A stretch of 61,420 nt of DNA, the filler included, from Sphacelaria rigidula (Eukaryota): assembly GCA_964200075.2 (NCBI GenBank). It is 11 parts of 11 records of this genome, joined end to end, with 100 filler letters (N's around TTAATTAATTAA, not from the genome) between each part and the next. Parts side by side here need not be neighbours in the genome. Positions count along the whole stretch, not along the records: positions 1 to 5,493 come from CAXNAA020026878.1; positions 5,594 to 11,086 come from CAXNAA020026879.1; positions 11,187 to 16,679 come from CAXNAA020026880.1; 8 more parts are not named here. One strand, given 5' to 3'. The notes beneath the pieces are model-generated. The model worked only from the letters and a program-made list of their open reading frames with translations, did not search any database and was not told where the DNA came from. Below, one piece after another: positions 1 to 12,157 of the stretch (position 1 is its first letter; each line of letters opens with the position of its first letter). Made by a program: the position numbers and the translations under genes.

Positions 1-558
1 GATTTTAATCCTCCGGGTTCTCATCCTCAATCAAAAGCACCATCCTCAACATAGATGATTGGTTGTTTGTATATCTGTGTAACGCAGGTCCATAAGTGAA
101 ATGCATTGTGAGCAGTCAAAGGGTGAAGCACATGAGCATAAGATAATGAATATTCCATAGGGTGCAACATCAATCCCTTATTTTTTGCGTGGGAGCCTTG
201 TGGGAGCCGTCCCTTCGTTGAAGAATCATACAGCTGGTGTTTGTGCTCTCTCCATCGGTGCTGTAAGTGCTCTGTGAGCACCCTCCCTGCCCCACACACA
301 GAACGACGATTTAACGTCCTGATCGCGAAGATGTAACTTTGCCGTGATTTTCCGTTCTCCTTGCAGATATCCAGACACCGACAAGACCTGACCGTGGCCA
401 ACACCGATCACGGCCACCAGTGCTCGACAGCGACAAGCACGAGGACGCGCGTTTGACCCGACTCATCCATGACATACGATACCGCCGATCCAGGAGGGAC
501 AAAAGGAGGACAGAAGACAAGGCTTTACACACTATTCCGCTCCCGGCGACGAGTACGC

Positions 559-3500
559 ATGTTGCCACCGTCTTTCAGGTCGCACTTGCTCTTCGCTTTC
601 ATTAGCTTTCTTGGCTCGACTGTGCTGTACGATAAAGAAGGTGGCGTTGCAAGTGCGGATCCTTGCGCACCCACCACTCAGCAATCTATTACGGTGGATC
701 CATCGTCCGCGACTACAGTTTTGTCCGTATTCAAATGCGAGGGCGGAAATTTCGACGTGACGTGGTCCGGTATCATTAGTGTCCAGGAGTCGATCGTGAT
801 CGGCAACGGTACTACTGTGTCTATCGTCGGAAATCACGTCAGTGACCTCACAGTCGAAGATTCTTCGGACAGCACCGTCGCCAACAGCAACGAATCGTCG
901 GTGGTCCTTACGACCGGCGATATCGGGCCTGTGTTCTTGGTGCGTGGGGGAACCTTGAATATTGAGGGCGTTGTCATTCGAGGAGGCAACACCATGCACG
1001 GTACGGAAATAGCCGGGCTGGGCGTTATCAACGGCGGGGGGGGCATCTCTGCGGAGGACGCAAGCGTGACGGTCACAGGTTGCACTTTCGAGAACAACTT
1101 CGCGGATTGGGTGGGAGGGGGGTTATTTGCAAATCGGTCGAGGGTAGAGGTACGTGATTCGGCGTTTCGGGAGTGCAAAGCAGGGGATACCCCGGTGGCG
1201 GGTGAGGTCGACGACGTGGAGGGTGAAGGAGGTGGTGTTTGGGTGAGAGCGTGCTTGCACATATGGTAGGCAATGTCCCTCGTTCTGGTCTGTATTGTCA
1301 CGGGTGTTAAGCGTGCACGTTTGCAAGAGCGGAAGTCGCTGTGGTGGGCACGTGTTTTCACATTACCTTCAATGATGTTTGAGCGTGCCCTGAACTTGTT
1401 TCGAGAGTAGCATATTTAATAGGGTGTGCTGCTTGTCCTTCCAAGTGTTCTACCGGGTATATTTTCAGTCCTAAATTGCTTCCGTCATCGTGCAGATGGG
1501 CTAGATCTTCGGCATGCGTTGCATGACTCTTTTACTCACGTACCTCGGGTTGTTGTCGTTTTTCCCGTAATTGTCCGCGTGTCTGACCTCGGTCCAAAAG
1601 CGCCGCACTACTTCCTAATCTTCTCTTCCCCGCGACGTCATCTTTCCCCTCCCGCATCGTTGATGCCTCATAAATAGGTTGAATGGGGGGACTTGCTGGT
1701 GGATAACTGCCTATTCTACGACAACTTTGCGAGCAAAAAGGGCGCGGGGGTGAACACGGCCAACGGGAAGTTTTCCGTGGTGAACTCGATTTTTCTCAAT
1801 AACTCGGCCGGAAGCAACAACGAAAAAGACGGTGCGTAGACAATGCGGAACGTGACTTTGGTGTGATTGAGATATTGTATGCACTAGTGCCGGTAACGTG
1901 GTTCGTATTCATAGAACGGTGAGCCAGCGTGTGGTCCATACGCATCTGGTTTCCCAAGCTTTCCCTGTCGAGGCATACACTTCTGCCAGCACGAACGCAA
2001 TGCTATTGATGCTCTCCTTATGCACAGTGACTCGGCAATACTCATTCGTGGTCTGCAAATCAAAATATCCTCTCGCTTCTCGCTCCTGACCGTTCACCCA
2101 TGACCTGGGAAATCCCGCGTTCTCTCGCCGATTCGTTCAGCGAAAGAAATCGGCGAGGGGGGCGATATTGCTATCGCAGGATGCGTAGCAGGTTTCGACA
2201 ACATGGGGGCGTGTGGAGCCAACAAGTCCGTATTCACCAATGCCCATGTGGCGGGTAAAGGTGGCTCCGTACAGATTTCGAGTGGAACATCGGGATCGGC
2301 GTACGTGGAGATTCATGGGTGCAGTTTCATGAACGCCTCGGCGGGGAGATACATCGAGGATGATCCGCAGGGGGACGGGGGTACATTTTCTGTGGGCAAG
2401 CAGTCGACGCTGGTTGTAGTGGATACTATTGTGAGCGACTCCTACGCCGGGAACAAGGTTAGATTTCGATCGTGAGCGATTCTCCCCGCTTCGAATTGTT
2501 ATCGTTTTGGAGTTTTCGCTTTATGCATGCTTTTTCACGAGGTACTCGCTTGAGAAGTCGTGTCACTGAGGCGAACGAGACGGCTTTGTACCGTGAAATC
2601 CGATGGAAGTGCATCTGAATCGCCTCGTGACCCGTGCTAATTACTCAATGAGCTATGCATTTCGTTCAACGGTGAGTACATTTAGACCATGTACCAACGG
2701 CGGCTCATCCATGTTGTATTACTGGAATGTAACGCTAACAAGCATCGATCAGCCAGGCAAGAAAGCCAGACACCAACTATCGTAGTTTGTGATTCTGAAG
2801 TTCCCCTGACACAGCAGAGAACAAGCGCTTGAGCTCACCACCAGTGGCATGATCGTATTTTCTAGAACTGGTACCAGAAAATATTTTAGGTGTATGGGTT
2901 TACAGGCACACCACAATCAGGGACTCTGAATGGGGCTATCGACGCCACCGTATTTTTCCTTTTACGCAAGGTCTGCTCAAAGCAATCTATGCTGTGGTGA
3001 GGAGTCGTGTTTCCACGTATATCTGGTGTACGCCAAAGATACCCCGTATGATCTCAGGTGGTTTTGTGTGAATGGCGCCGATGTAACATCAAAATGATCG
3101 AACTTGCCCCGACCACCAACCGTTCCCATGCAATTCCTCTCAAAGGGTGGAGTACTTTCCTTATCCAGCGGAGATAGTTGGTCTACCAAAAACGTCGGAG
3201 GCATCGTAATCATGATGAACTCCACTTTCCAAGATTCGAAAGCGCATCGAGAGACCGGAGGAGTTGTCTACTGCAACATATATACCGTGGTGAACGTTAC
3301 CGGCGATGACAACGGCTTTTTTCGAAACGTTTGCGGCGCTGAAGGCGGAGTGGTTGCTGCGTCGGAACACACGAAGGTGGTTGTCGAGGGCGGAAATTTT
3401 ACCAACAACTCAGCCGACGAGGTAAGCCGGGGCACCGCGGTACGGACCGTTTCTGTATATTGTCGGGAACATGAGCAGATGGAGGACCGAGTCAGTCGGG

Positions 3501-4328
3501 TGTCAGGATCGAGCGCAAGAGTTTCGAGAGACACTGCCTCTTTGCGCACAAGGTGAAAGAGAGTCACTCGAAGGCATGACGTGCATATTTAACCATATGA
3601 AACGAGGTGTACTTCATGTAAATATCTTGAGTGGTACTTACTGTCTGTACCTTGTGTCGCGCGAGTCTGACAAGATGGCTGGAAGGGGCACCAAACTCAT
3701 CGATTGATTTTAATGCATTGTCTCGCATGAAGCCATCCCCGAGGAATGCAGCCGTGTTGAATACTGATATCCCCGAGGTGAGCGAAACAGAAACACTCGC
3801 TAGAGGAAAAGAAACACGGAAAAAATGAACAAAGACGAAACAAATTGCGTGACTGAAAAGAAGAATGCAAAGTCGAAGCAGAAATGAAACAAAGGAGACG
3901 AATGGGAGTGACAGGGGACGAACAAAGAAAGATGATGAGAAACATTAGTCCCATCCCTGCAGCACGGCTTCAGGTGAATAAAGGCGAGGGCAAGAACGAA
4001 TCAAAAACCCATGCAAGTATGATAGTATCCTCACGTAAATCTTCGATGCCAACAGGATGGCGGCGTAATTTCGACACAGGGCGAGCTCACTATCTCAGGC
4101 GGCCAGTTTGTTGGAAACGAGGCAGAGGGAAGAGGAGGAGTGTTTTTCGTCAAAACCGGTAAAGTTATCGTGGAAAATGGCATTTTTGATGGCAATAAGG
4201 CGGGTGAGGGAGCTGTGGGCTTCACTGGCGACGAGGCTGCCTTATATATCGACGGAGGAAACTTCTCGCGGAATATCGCCGGCGATAACGGTGGAGTATT
4301 TTTTATCGATGAGGGCACCACGTTCGCG
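559..4328 (+). CDS. Secreted polymorphic-outer-membrane-protein (Pmp)-like / pectin-lyase-fold beta-helix repeat protein, 5' part, 3' incomplete. Exons 559-1242, 1678-1831, 2141-2457, 3146-3421, 4056-4328
   Basis: Hydrophobic N-terminus MLPPSFRSHLLFAFISFLGS. Repeated FxxN..GG(A/G/V) motifs (FENNFADWVGGGL, FYDNFASKKGAGV, FFRNVCGAEGGVV, FTNNSADEDGGVI, FSRNIAGDNGGVF). All introns GT..AG with matching phases (0,1,0,0). An upstream in-frame ATG at 469 is an alternative start. Confidence 0.85.
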
Positions 4329-5493
4329 GTGAGTTTCGGGGTGGATGAGGAGGTATATGTTCAAGGAGAGAGGTTCGTGCCGGAACTGTTGGGGTTTTGC
4401 ATTATCAACACCCGGCGTTCTACTACAAAAGTACAACAGCGAACGTTGAAGGAAGTTTGTTGGCTTGCACCGTTTGTGAACCCGTTCGTGATGTCTATGA
4501 TTAATTTATTCAGAGAATATTTCTCCCTTGGTGGGTGCCAGTTCCCCTTCAAGTAGTGCGAGTGACTGACCTTACACGTCGTCCGCAACCCCGGTGCTGT
4601 AGCTGGGCGACTGCTCTCTGAGAGTAAAACTTGTACGGATAACATATCGAATAATATGTTGTTCTTGACCTCTCACGTACGTCATATTAAACCAAAGCCA
4701 TGGTTCGTAAGATGTCCTCAATGGTCGACCTGACGTTGACTTCTGGCTCTCCGCACCCAAGGGGTTGAATCTCCTTCACACGAGAAAACTACACGAACCA
4801 ACGTAGCGTTGTGCTGGAATACAGAGACTGTAGTACAAAAATGGCTCTCGTTAAATATGTATGAAGTAATTTTTTATAGTATATTTGTATGGTTTAGAGG
4901 CGTGTCTCTCTGAAACTATCAGGAGAGCTTTCGATGTGCTCGAACACAATAAAACACTCCGAGTCTTCCTTTCCTGCACCAGGTACGGTAAGGCTGCACG
5001 CAGGCTGTACTAGCTTTCTTCACTCGCTATATTGCTGCAATTATTCTGTTATATGGTGAGCCTACCCAAGAATGATGATTTGGGGTTGAACGCGGCTCTC
5101 TGTCGAGGATATGCCCCGTTTAACGTGAAGCCCCATCAGTTCTCTTATTGAAATGCGGAGCAGCGTGTGTTCATGTATAAGCAAGGCCTAGGGGGGTCAT
5201 GCCTGGCGAGTAAACGGGGCCGAACGACCCTGAAGAGGCGACCGCCCTGCAGAAAGCTGACTGCAGACTTGCTAAGCAGGTATTTGGTTTAGGGGATGAT
5301 AAGCTCTTCATTCGAATGTACCTACCAGTCGGGGATAACGCCGAATCGTACGACGGTATCGCAGGTCGAGTCGTGAGAGCACACGAACCGATTGCAGAGG
5401 TTGAGTCTGGTGATTGACGTAGCTGGTACAGTAGTCAGCGTCAGAAGTATGCAGAATCCGTAATGTCTTCGTTTCTCGAAGATTGTCCAAATT

Positions 5494-5593
5494 NNNNNNN
5501 NNNNNNNNNNNNNNNNNNNNNNNNNNNNNNNNNNNNNTTAATTAATTAANNNNNNNNNNNNNNNNNNNNNNNNNNNNNNNNNNNNNNNNNNNN
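5494..5593. other. Artificial scaffold linker N44-TTAATTAATTAA-N44 (first of ten)
   Basis: Identical 100-bp linkers at 5494, 11087, 16680, 22273, 27866, 33459, 39052, 44645, 50237 and 55829. Lengths 8x5493 + 3x5492 + 10x100 = 61420. Confidence 0.99.
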
Positions 5594-5771
5594 TCTGGTT
5601 CAGGAGTCCCTTTCCCTCGTCGACCATTAGGTCGAATTTTGTGTACCCACGACATGGTCGCTCTCCACTGTTGGGCATGGTGTGAGAAAAAATCCCAGAC
5701 CGCTCCGGGAATAAAACCCACTACCCAACCGTCAGAGGGTTTCGAGGTTACCGACTGAGCCACCGGGGCGA
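5594..5771 (-). mobile_element. tRNA-derived SINE copy
   Basis: Minus strand begins CGCCCCGGTGGCTCAGTCGG (box A) with a degenerate box B. The non-tRNA body is shared with 52056-52242 and the head with 55739-55828. Confidence 0.8.
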
Positions 5772-7037
5772 ATACTCTGCACAAATATTAGGTATGCACT
5801 CTCAGCAATACCTGGGTATAGAGTGTCACTTAGGTATTACCTCAACACTCTGTCCAAACCTTAAGGGTTGGGTACTGAACCAGTACGTACTGCCCGCCAG
5901 AACATACACAACTTACGTACGTCCCACAACACGCCTAAAAAACAGCGGAACCCCATCCAGATTACGCCGCCACGCCGCCTCAAAGGAAAAAACGCACACC
6001 ACACACACCACACAAAGCACACGCAGCACATAGGAGGAGAGCATTGGAACGATGCAAGGGTTTTTCATGTCTGGCAGTCCGCCGGCAGCAGACCCCGGCG
6101 GTTGTGGTACCGCGGGGCCTGCTGCGTCAGCAGCTGCACCCGCTGCGTCAGCAAATGCGGTGTTGATACACATTCAGGGCTGCTGTGTCTTCCGTCTTGT
6201 TTTTTGTGTGAGAGGCTGTTCTATGATCAGCAGTGAATGGTGCTCACGCCTTGTGCCGTCAAGGGCTACTATAAACCTACTCTCTTCATTTTTTATTCGG
6301 AAGTCCGAAGAACTCTGTACTTGTTTAGACTAAAGACACACCATACACTCCGATTGGAAGAAATCATGTGTACTGTAAGCCCCACCACGGTGCCGGAGTT
6401 GATGAGCATCGCAACATCTCTGGCACGTTTACTATTTTCTATTTTCAACTTTTCCTTGAGTTGAAAACAATTAATTTGGGCGTTGTACTAGGCGTTGTCT
6501 ACCGAAATAGTGCCTCTTAGGTTGGTCAAAAACCACTCAGGTTTTAGTTTCTGATGAAACAAAATCGCGTTAAAAAGCGCCTCCAGCGGGGCCCTCCGGG
6601 GGCACCTCCCCGGCGGAGCGCCCTCACCAGCCGGGGGGGGGGCGCTGGTCGCGGCTGCGCCGCGACCACGCGGCTTCGCCGCGCCACCAGTGTACTGATC
6701 GGATACAGTATACTGGCTGCTGTCACAGCCAGCACACCGGATCCTGCGCCTAGCAACCCTACAAAAGTTGGATATGTTGGGTGTGATCTGAAATATTCTA
6801 CCTAAATTTTGAGTGGATTGGGTGCAATTTCAATACTTCACCCAAATCTTCACACACCATTTTTCGATCGTGAAAAAAGTGCGGTGGAATTGATTTGAGC
6901 GAATTTGCTCATTTCTCGCGAGTTCGGTCCGAGCGAATTTGTGAGCTTTCGATCGAAAGAGACAGTGAAGTTCGTGAAGCGGCACTTGTTCGCCTGTCTA
7001 TCGTACAGTACTGGACTATCTGCGCCGTTTGCATGCA

Positions 7038-7039
<2 letters not shown>

Positions 7040-7075
<36 letters not shown>
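7040..7075. repeat. (TG)n microsatellite
   Basis: Visible dinucleotide run. Others at about 29508-29552 (GT then AT), 30957-31001 (GT) and 57622-57639 (AT). Confidence 0.95.
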
Positions 7076-7077
<2 letters not shown>

Positions 7078-7084
7078 CGTACAG

Positions 7085-7360
7085 TAGGATGCGAAAGAGA
7101 AAGGGGCAACGTGCAGTGCAGACAGCGCAGGACTACCTGTACTCTCTGCTTGCAGTGCGACGTGAAACTGACTTGAACCACGTGCAGCTTTGTACTGCGT
7201 GCACTATCCATGAGTGTACGCACACGTCACCACGTAGTTCCGTCGCCGATCACTTCCATGGAAGAAGATGCTCGAGTTTTCGCCAACAAAAAAAAAACAC
7301 ATCATACCCAACTATTTCAGTGTATCTATCCCTGTGCCCAACTCGTGCTCTATGCTGCAG
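7085..7360 (+). repeat. Dispersed repeat shared with about 33770-34095
   Basis: Shared blocks GTGCAGT.CAGACAGCG.AGGACTA, TGCGACGTGAAA..GACTTGAAC.ACGTGCAGCTTTGTACTG and TGTGCCCAACTCGTGCTCT on two different scaffolds. Confidence 0.8.
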
Positions 7361-7497
7361 GGTTGTGGTGGTAGCTGAGAGTGAGTGCGTAGGGTTTGTA
7401 TGGTTCTCTGAACGGGTGGTGCCTGGCGTCGCGGTCTGAAAGATAGAAGTCAAGTACCCGTTCGTACCTTTTCTCGCATGATTTCAATCGGAAAGGC

Positions 7498-7956
7498 CAA
7501 GGGCAGGTCGGGTAGGGTACGTAATTATGAATACTCGGTTAGGATACCCGGGTATTTACTCTACCTAAATTTTGGGTAGATTGGGTACAGCCTCAAATCC
7601 TGTACCCAAATCTTGGGTAGATTGGGTACGACCTCAAACACTCTACCCAAGATTTGGGTGGATTGGGTACGATCTCAAATACTCTACCCAAATTTTCAGG
7701 TATATTGGGTACGACCTCAAATACTGCACTCAAATATTGGGTAAGTACTCTCAGCAATACCTGGATATAGAGCATCACTTGGGTACGATCGAAATACTCT
7801 ACCCAAATTTTGGTATGTTGGGTACGATCGAAATACTCGACCCAAATTTTGCGTAGATTGGGTACGATGTAAATATTCTACCCAAATGTTTGGGTACTGA
7901 GAGTGTGGCTTTTCAAAATACCGAGTATTGGGCATACCCTACCCGATCTACATTTG
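7498..7956. mobile_element. Non-autonomous TIR element with internal ~37-bp degenerate tandem repeats
   Basis: Left end CAAGGGCAGGTCGGGTAGGGTAC is imperfectly inverted to right end ATACCCTACCCGATCTACATTTG. Interior repeats TTGGGTAGATTGGGTACGA.CTCAAATACTCTACCCAAA. Related fragments at about 5772-5880 and 6760-6850. No TSD retained. Confidence 0.7.
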
Positions 7957-8682
7957 CATAGTTCCATCCCCTCCTCTTCCTCGACACAAGCTCCGCAGTG
8001 TCAACGGACGAATCACCCCCCCTCACCCTTCATGCGACTAGCTGAGCACATCACGGCGCTTCGCGCTTGGTGATTGATTGCGAGCCTGGTCCGGCGAAAA
8101 TCGGGCACGCTCTGTCCCGGCTTTGTAGAGACGCGAGGTCAATGGTCATATGACTATGGCATGCAAGATCACGAGTGCCCCCCCCCCCCCCCTGGCGTCT
8201 GACCCTTGCTCGCAAGCGCGCAGGTCCCCCCCGCCCCCCTCCCCCCNNNNNNNNNCCCCCCCCCCCACCTGGTCTGATGACTATGGCATGCATGAGCATG
8301 AGTACACCCCCCACCCCCCCCCCCCACCCGGGTACGGTACCTGCCTGACATTTTGGTATAGTATCACGGATTCGATCAGTACTCCCGCATTACGTCGATT
8401 GTCGTCAAATCTTCCAGCGTTGTGTCTTCTGTAGGGTATACCCGGAAGCGGGGGATTTTTGGCTGGCGAAGTAAACCATAACCATACTGAAAGGTAAACC
8501 GAACATTATTATATGGTTCGGTGGGGTGTCAAGTCCTGTTCCGAACACTCCGGTATAGTTTGGGAAGGGCATTTACCGATAAAATAAAATAAGATAAAAC
8601 CTGAAACCAAAAACGGGGATAGTGTCGTTGCCGGAACTGAGAAACGTGACACCCCTCGGAACAGATGAACATTCCAGCTCAA

Positions 8683-8947
8683 GAGCCATGCCATGGTAGG
8701 GGTGCACAAAATATTGCACAGGTTTGAATTCCTAGGGAAGCCTTTTTCATTTCATCGAAGAAAATACGAGCTGTAAAATACGTGGGGACACGCCACGATT
8801 GGCATTTCAGAGGGCGAGGGATATCCTGAATGTACTCCAGAATGGAAATGTCCCAGTCCGTATTCTCGTGTAGCTTCCAACTTTTAGGGGTCCCGCCTAT
8901 GAGGGATATCTGGGTCCACATGTGCAACCCCTACCGTGGTATGGCTC
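8683..8947. mobile_element. MITE with GAG...CTC termini (Sola-like family, degenerate)
   Basis: GAGCCATGCCATGGTAGGGGTGCACA is inverted to TGTGCAACCCCTACCGTGGTATGGCTC. TIR resembles that of 35013-35265. TSD not conserved. Confidence 0.65.
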
Positions 8948-9474
8948 CCGAAAAAAAACGAGGAAGGATCCGCTCTTGAAGCCTCGCTTCTTCCTAGATG
9001 ATGTAGGTGGTAGGTGGAAGGCGCCTCATATTCGCGTGGGGCTACACAACAAGCATTAATGGATGGTTAGGCGCGGGTAGATAAGTGGACCTTCCAGGTG
9101 TACCTGGGGTGCCGATTGGAAAAAACAGAGCATCTCCTCAAATCCATCCCGTACCCTCGCCAGAGGTGTACCTGGTCTGGAGTTTCTTGTTCCCAAATAT
9201 CTTGTCTAGACGATACAAACCACCACCAGCACCAGCAAGCATGACACCTGAAAGAACCGATCCTCTTCTCCCCGTTTCTTCGTTGGTCACCAACACACAA
9301 CGACCAACGCCGGCGTGTTCATTCCGACACAAAATTCTGAGGCTCTCCCCACAAACGCTCCTCCCAACCCCGACGCTCCGACGGCGGCTTCACCGCACTA
9401 CCGACACTCCGAACGAGGAGTGCCCGCACACCGGAATCCGAGCGGTGATTCCGAATACGGACACACAAGTCTTC

Positions 9475-9682
9475 CAAGGGCAGGTCGAGTAGAGTATATA
9501 CTCACTTGCGGGGTATTCTGAAATACGTACTTGAGGTACTCAAACTAAGGTAGAGTGCTAGGAGTCGTACCCCCCAAAAAACTGGAAAGCGATCCCTAAA
9601 ACCCTACCCCCCAATTTGTGTACTCCAAGTACAACTTTTAAAATACCCCGCATTGGAGCATACTCTGCTCGACCTGCCCTCG
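9475..9682. mobile_element. hAT-type MITE
   Basis: TIR CAAGGGCAGGTCGAGTAGAGTAT / ATACTCTGCTCGACCTGCCCTCG. Flanks AAGTCTTC (9467-9474) and AAGTCCTC (9683-9690) form an 8-bp TSD with one mismatch. Confidence 0.8.
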
Positions 9683-9716
9683 AAGTCCTCCGCGTTTTCG
9701 GCGGATACGATATGTT

Positions 9717-9985
9717 CAATTGTCGGACAGCTCATGAGTTTCCTAGAATAAAAAATCGAAGAGACCTCTCAGATCCCTTGTCCAATAACACCAAATACGT
9801 GACAACGGGGTCCGAGAAATCACAGCGTTACGTTTTGCGCTACTCTACTCTGCGTGCTCCGCGTCCAGCGCTGTAGGAAGCAAACATGAAAAAAACAAAA
9901 CGGGCCACATGACCTAGCTGATGGTCCGGATCAGTACGCCAATAAGAAGTAATACTCAGGTAGCTCATGAGCTGTCCGACAGGTG
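9717..9985. mobile_element. hAT-type MITE
   Basis: TIR CAATTGTCGGACAGCTCATGAG / CTCATGAGCTGTCCGACAGGTG. Perfect 8-bp TSD GATATGTT (9709-9716 and 9986-9993). Confidence 0.85.
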
Positions 9986-10945
9986 GATATGTTCCTGATT
10001 TGCGTGCTCGTTTCATGAACCCCTTCATCTTGTCGCGCATGGACGGTACGACGCGAGAAATGTCTTTATTTGTCCCCGTTTTGTTTTTTTCAACGTGAAG
10101 ACGCAGCTCGTATCCCCAGTAGATGTGCCTGAGGAATCCCGACCGCAAACAGTGTTTCTGGCGCGCTTCTCCAGATCTATCTGCACATCTGGTCCCAGAT
10201 CGTACATTGTGCAGGCAAAAAACTTGAAGGCATACCTTTTCTAGTCTCAAGACCCAGATACTATCGCTACTGCTCTGATGCAAGCTAAGATGGTATAGGT
10301 TCTGTGGTATACTGCACCCGGGAGTGTCATTCTGAAGGGGGTGATATCTACAGTACGTGCGACATTCAACGTCGGCTATGGTGCATGGAGAAGATAACAC
10401 ACAGCTCCCGCGGCAGTTCGCGCTGTGTAGACATGAGTTCGGATAGTACACTACAGCTTATTGTCGGAAGCATGGTTCATTTTTTGTTGCGTTTTGGGGG
10501 TGCTAAAAGGCATATTTTTGTCCTGGGTTCCCATTGCAGGTATCGCTCGAACTGCAGCATCCATGGAGCACCCTGTGTCGTGGGTCATAGTAGGAGTTGT
10601 TCTAAAATTGCACCATCATGATGCTTCAAACAGTACCCCTTGGCATAATAAATGCGCTCGTTTGTTTACGGATTGATGGATGACGAAGGGAAAATGTGGT
10701 CGTATTGTATCATGGAATTATCGTGTTGGCTAGTTAAGAAGTCACGGCGCCCCGTTGGTGTTACTGGAACAGCACTACAGTGCCTAGATCGGACAAAGTA
10801 GAGGGTTAGATTCCTGACGGTAATTGATTGATTTGATCGATTGTCGCGCATTAGATCATCCTTCAGGGACCCTGCCGTGGTCACTATCCACAAGATGGAT
10901 ACACCTGAGGTGAACAAAACGGGAATGCTCGCTGAAGAACAAGAC

Positions 10946-11023
10946 GAGGGGGGGGGGCGTACTCATTCGTTGCTTACTTGAGTCGTTTGATCATTGACCA
11001 CGCATCCCTTCCGAGACGGAGCA
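10946..11023 (-). mobile_element. Short 3'-terminal fragment of the LINE family seen at 14584-15938
   Basis: Reverse complement matches TGCTCCGTCTCG.AAGGGATGCGTGGTCAATG...ATGAGTACGCCCCCCCTC at about 15865-15939. Confidence 0.8.
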
Positions 11024-11823
11024 AGACAGGTGGAGTGGAGGGTTGAAGGGGAAGCGGGGAGAGGGGAGGGGAGGGGGGATGTACTCNNNNNNNNNNNNNN
11101 NNNNNNNNNNNNNNNNNNNNNNNNNNNNNNTTAATTAATTAANNNNNNNNNNNNNNNNNNNNNNNNNNNNNNNNNNNNNNNNNNNNAATGGACACAATCC
11201 CGGGGAGCGGTTGATTCTCATTTCAAAATACGTTCTCATTTTTCTGGCAACCCTGTTGTAAGGAAAATTACAGCTCAAAACACGCCGGGGGTATTTCCCT
11301 CAAGTCTGTACGCCATCAGCCTAATATCACGTCAACGACGAGAAAACCGCAGAATTTTGAGGCCAAGATTAACCGCGGGAAAAACTCGTCATGAAATCGG
11401 AAGGATGGGCATAACCTGGTACTCAGGAAAAAGCTTCATCGCTTGGAGAAAAAAATTCTCACGCCCTTTCGGATCATTGCGAGTGCTTCCGCATGTGCTA
11501 TGTCGTCCCGGGATCCCATTTTTACTGGGAACAGAAACCACCGACACGAGCCGGTGACTATTTTCCGATGGAAACGGCGCTTAGACACCCCTGATTGGTT
11601 ACACCAACCCTGGGTAGTGTGGGACTCGCAAAAAGAGCTGGCCCACCAAAGCAAAACAAGTAAGCGCTTACTGGTTGATGGGAGTGCGTAGGCTTTTCTT
11701 TCACCGACCAGCAACAACTGACCTTAAGGACACCGGGGGACTCCTACATCGTATAACAGTTCCGTCATGGTATAGTGTCCAAGCAGGTACTCGGTGCCCA
11801 CCCTTTTTGTACGATGCTTACTC

Positions 11824-12157
11824 CACACAGTCGGCCATTTGGCTACCTCCAAAATGTCTCCAGGTGGGTAAACGTTTCGAGCCTCCAGAGGAATTAAACG
11901 CCTCCGGAGGGGTGCGCGGCCCTCCAGAGGAGATTTTTTGGTTTCCTCCAGAGGGATTAAATACCTCCAGCGGCTTATTTTTGCCTCTGGAGGGCCGCGC
12001 ATCCCCCCACATTTCTCCGGAGGGGTACGCGGCCCTCCGGGTCCGTAGAGTTTGGTTCCCTCCAGAGGGATTGAAGGCCTCCGGAGGCTTGTTTTCCCCC
12101 TGGAGGGCCGCGCATCCCTCCGGAGGCATTTTGGGGGTAGCCAAATGGCCGCGTGTG
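11824..12157. mobile_element. MITE with CACAC...GTGTG termini and internal CCTCC(A/G)GAGG repeats
   Basis: CACACAGTCGGCCATTTGGCTACCTCCAAAATG is inverted to CATTTTGGGGGTAGCCAAATGGCCGCGTGTG. Same family at 58743-59053. Same terminus at 41467-41487. Confidence 0.8.

Noticed and set aside
5228..5270. Hammerhead ribozyme (CTGAAGA...GAAA)
   Set aside because: GAAA does not directly follow stem II and I could not form stems I and III. Other CTGATGA sites checked also lacked the core.
11824..11830. RAG/Transib RSS-like heptamer at CAC termini
   Set aside because: Only the CAC start is shared. No nonamer, no 5-bp TSD and no RAG1-like ORF is visible.
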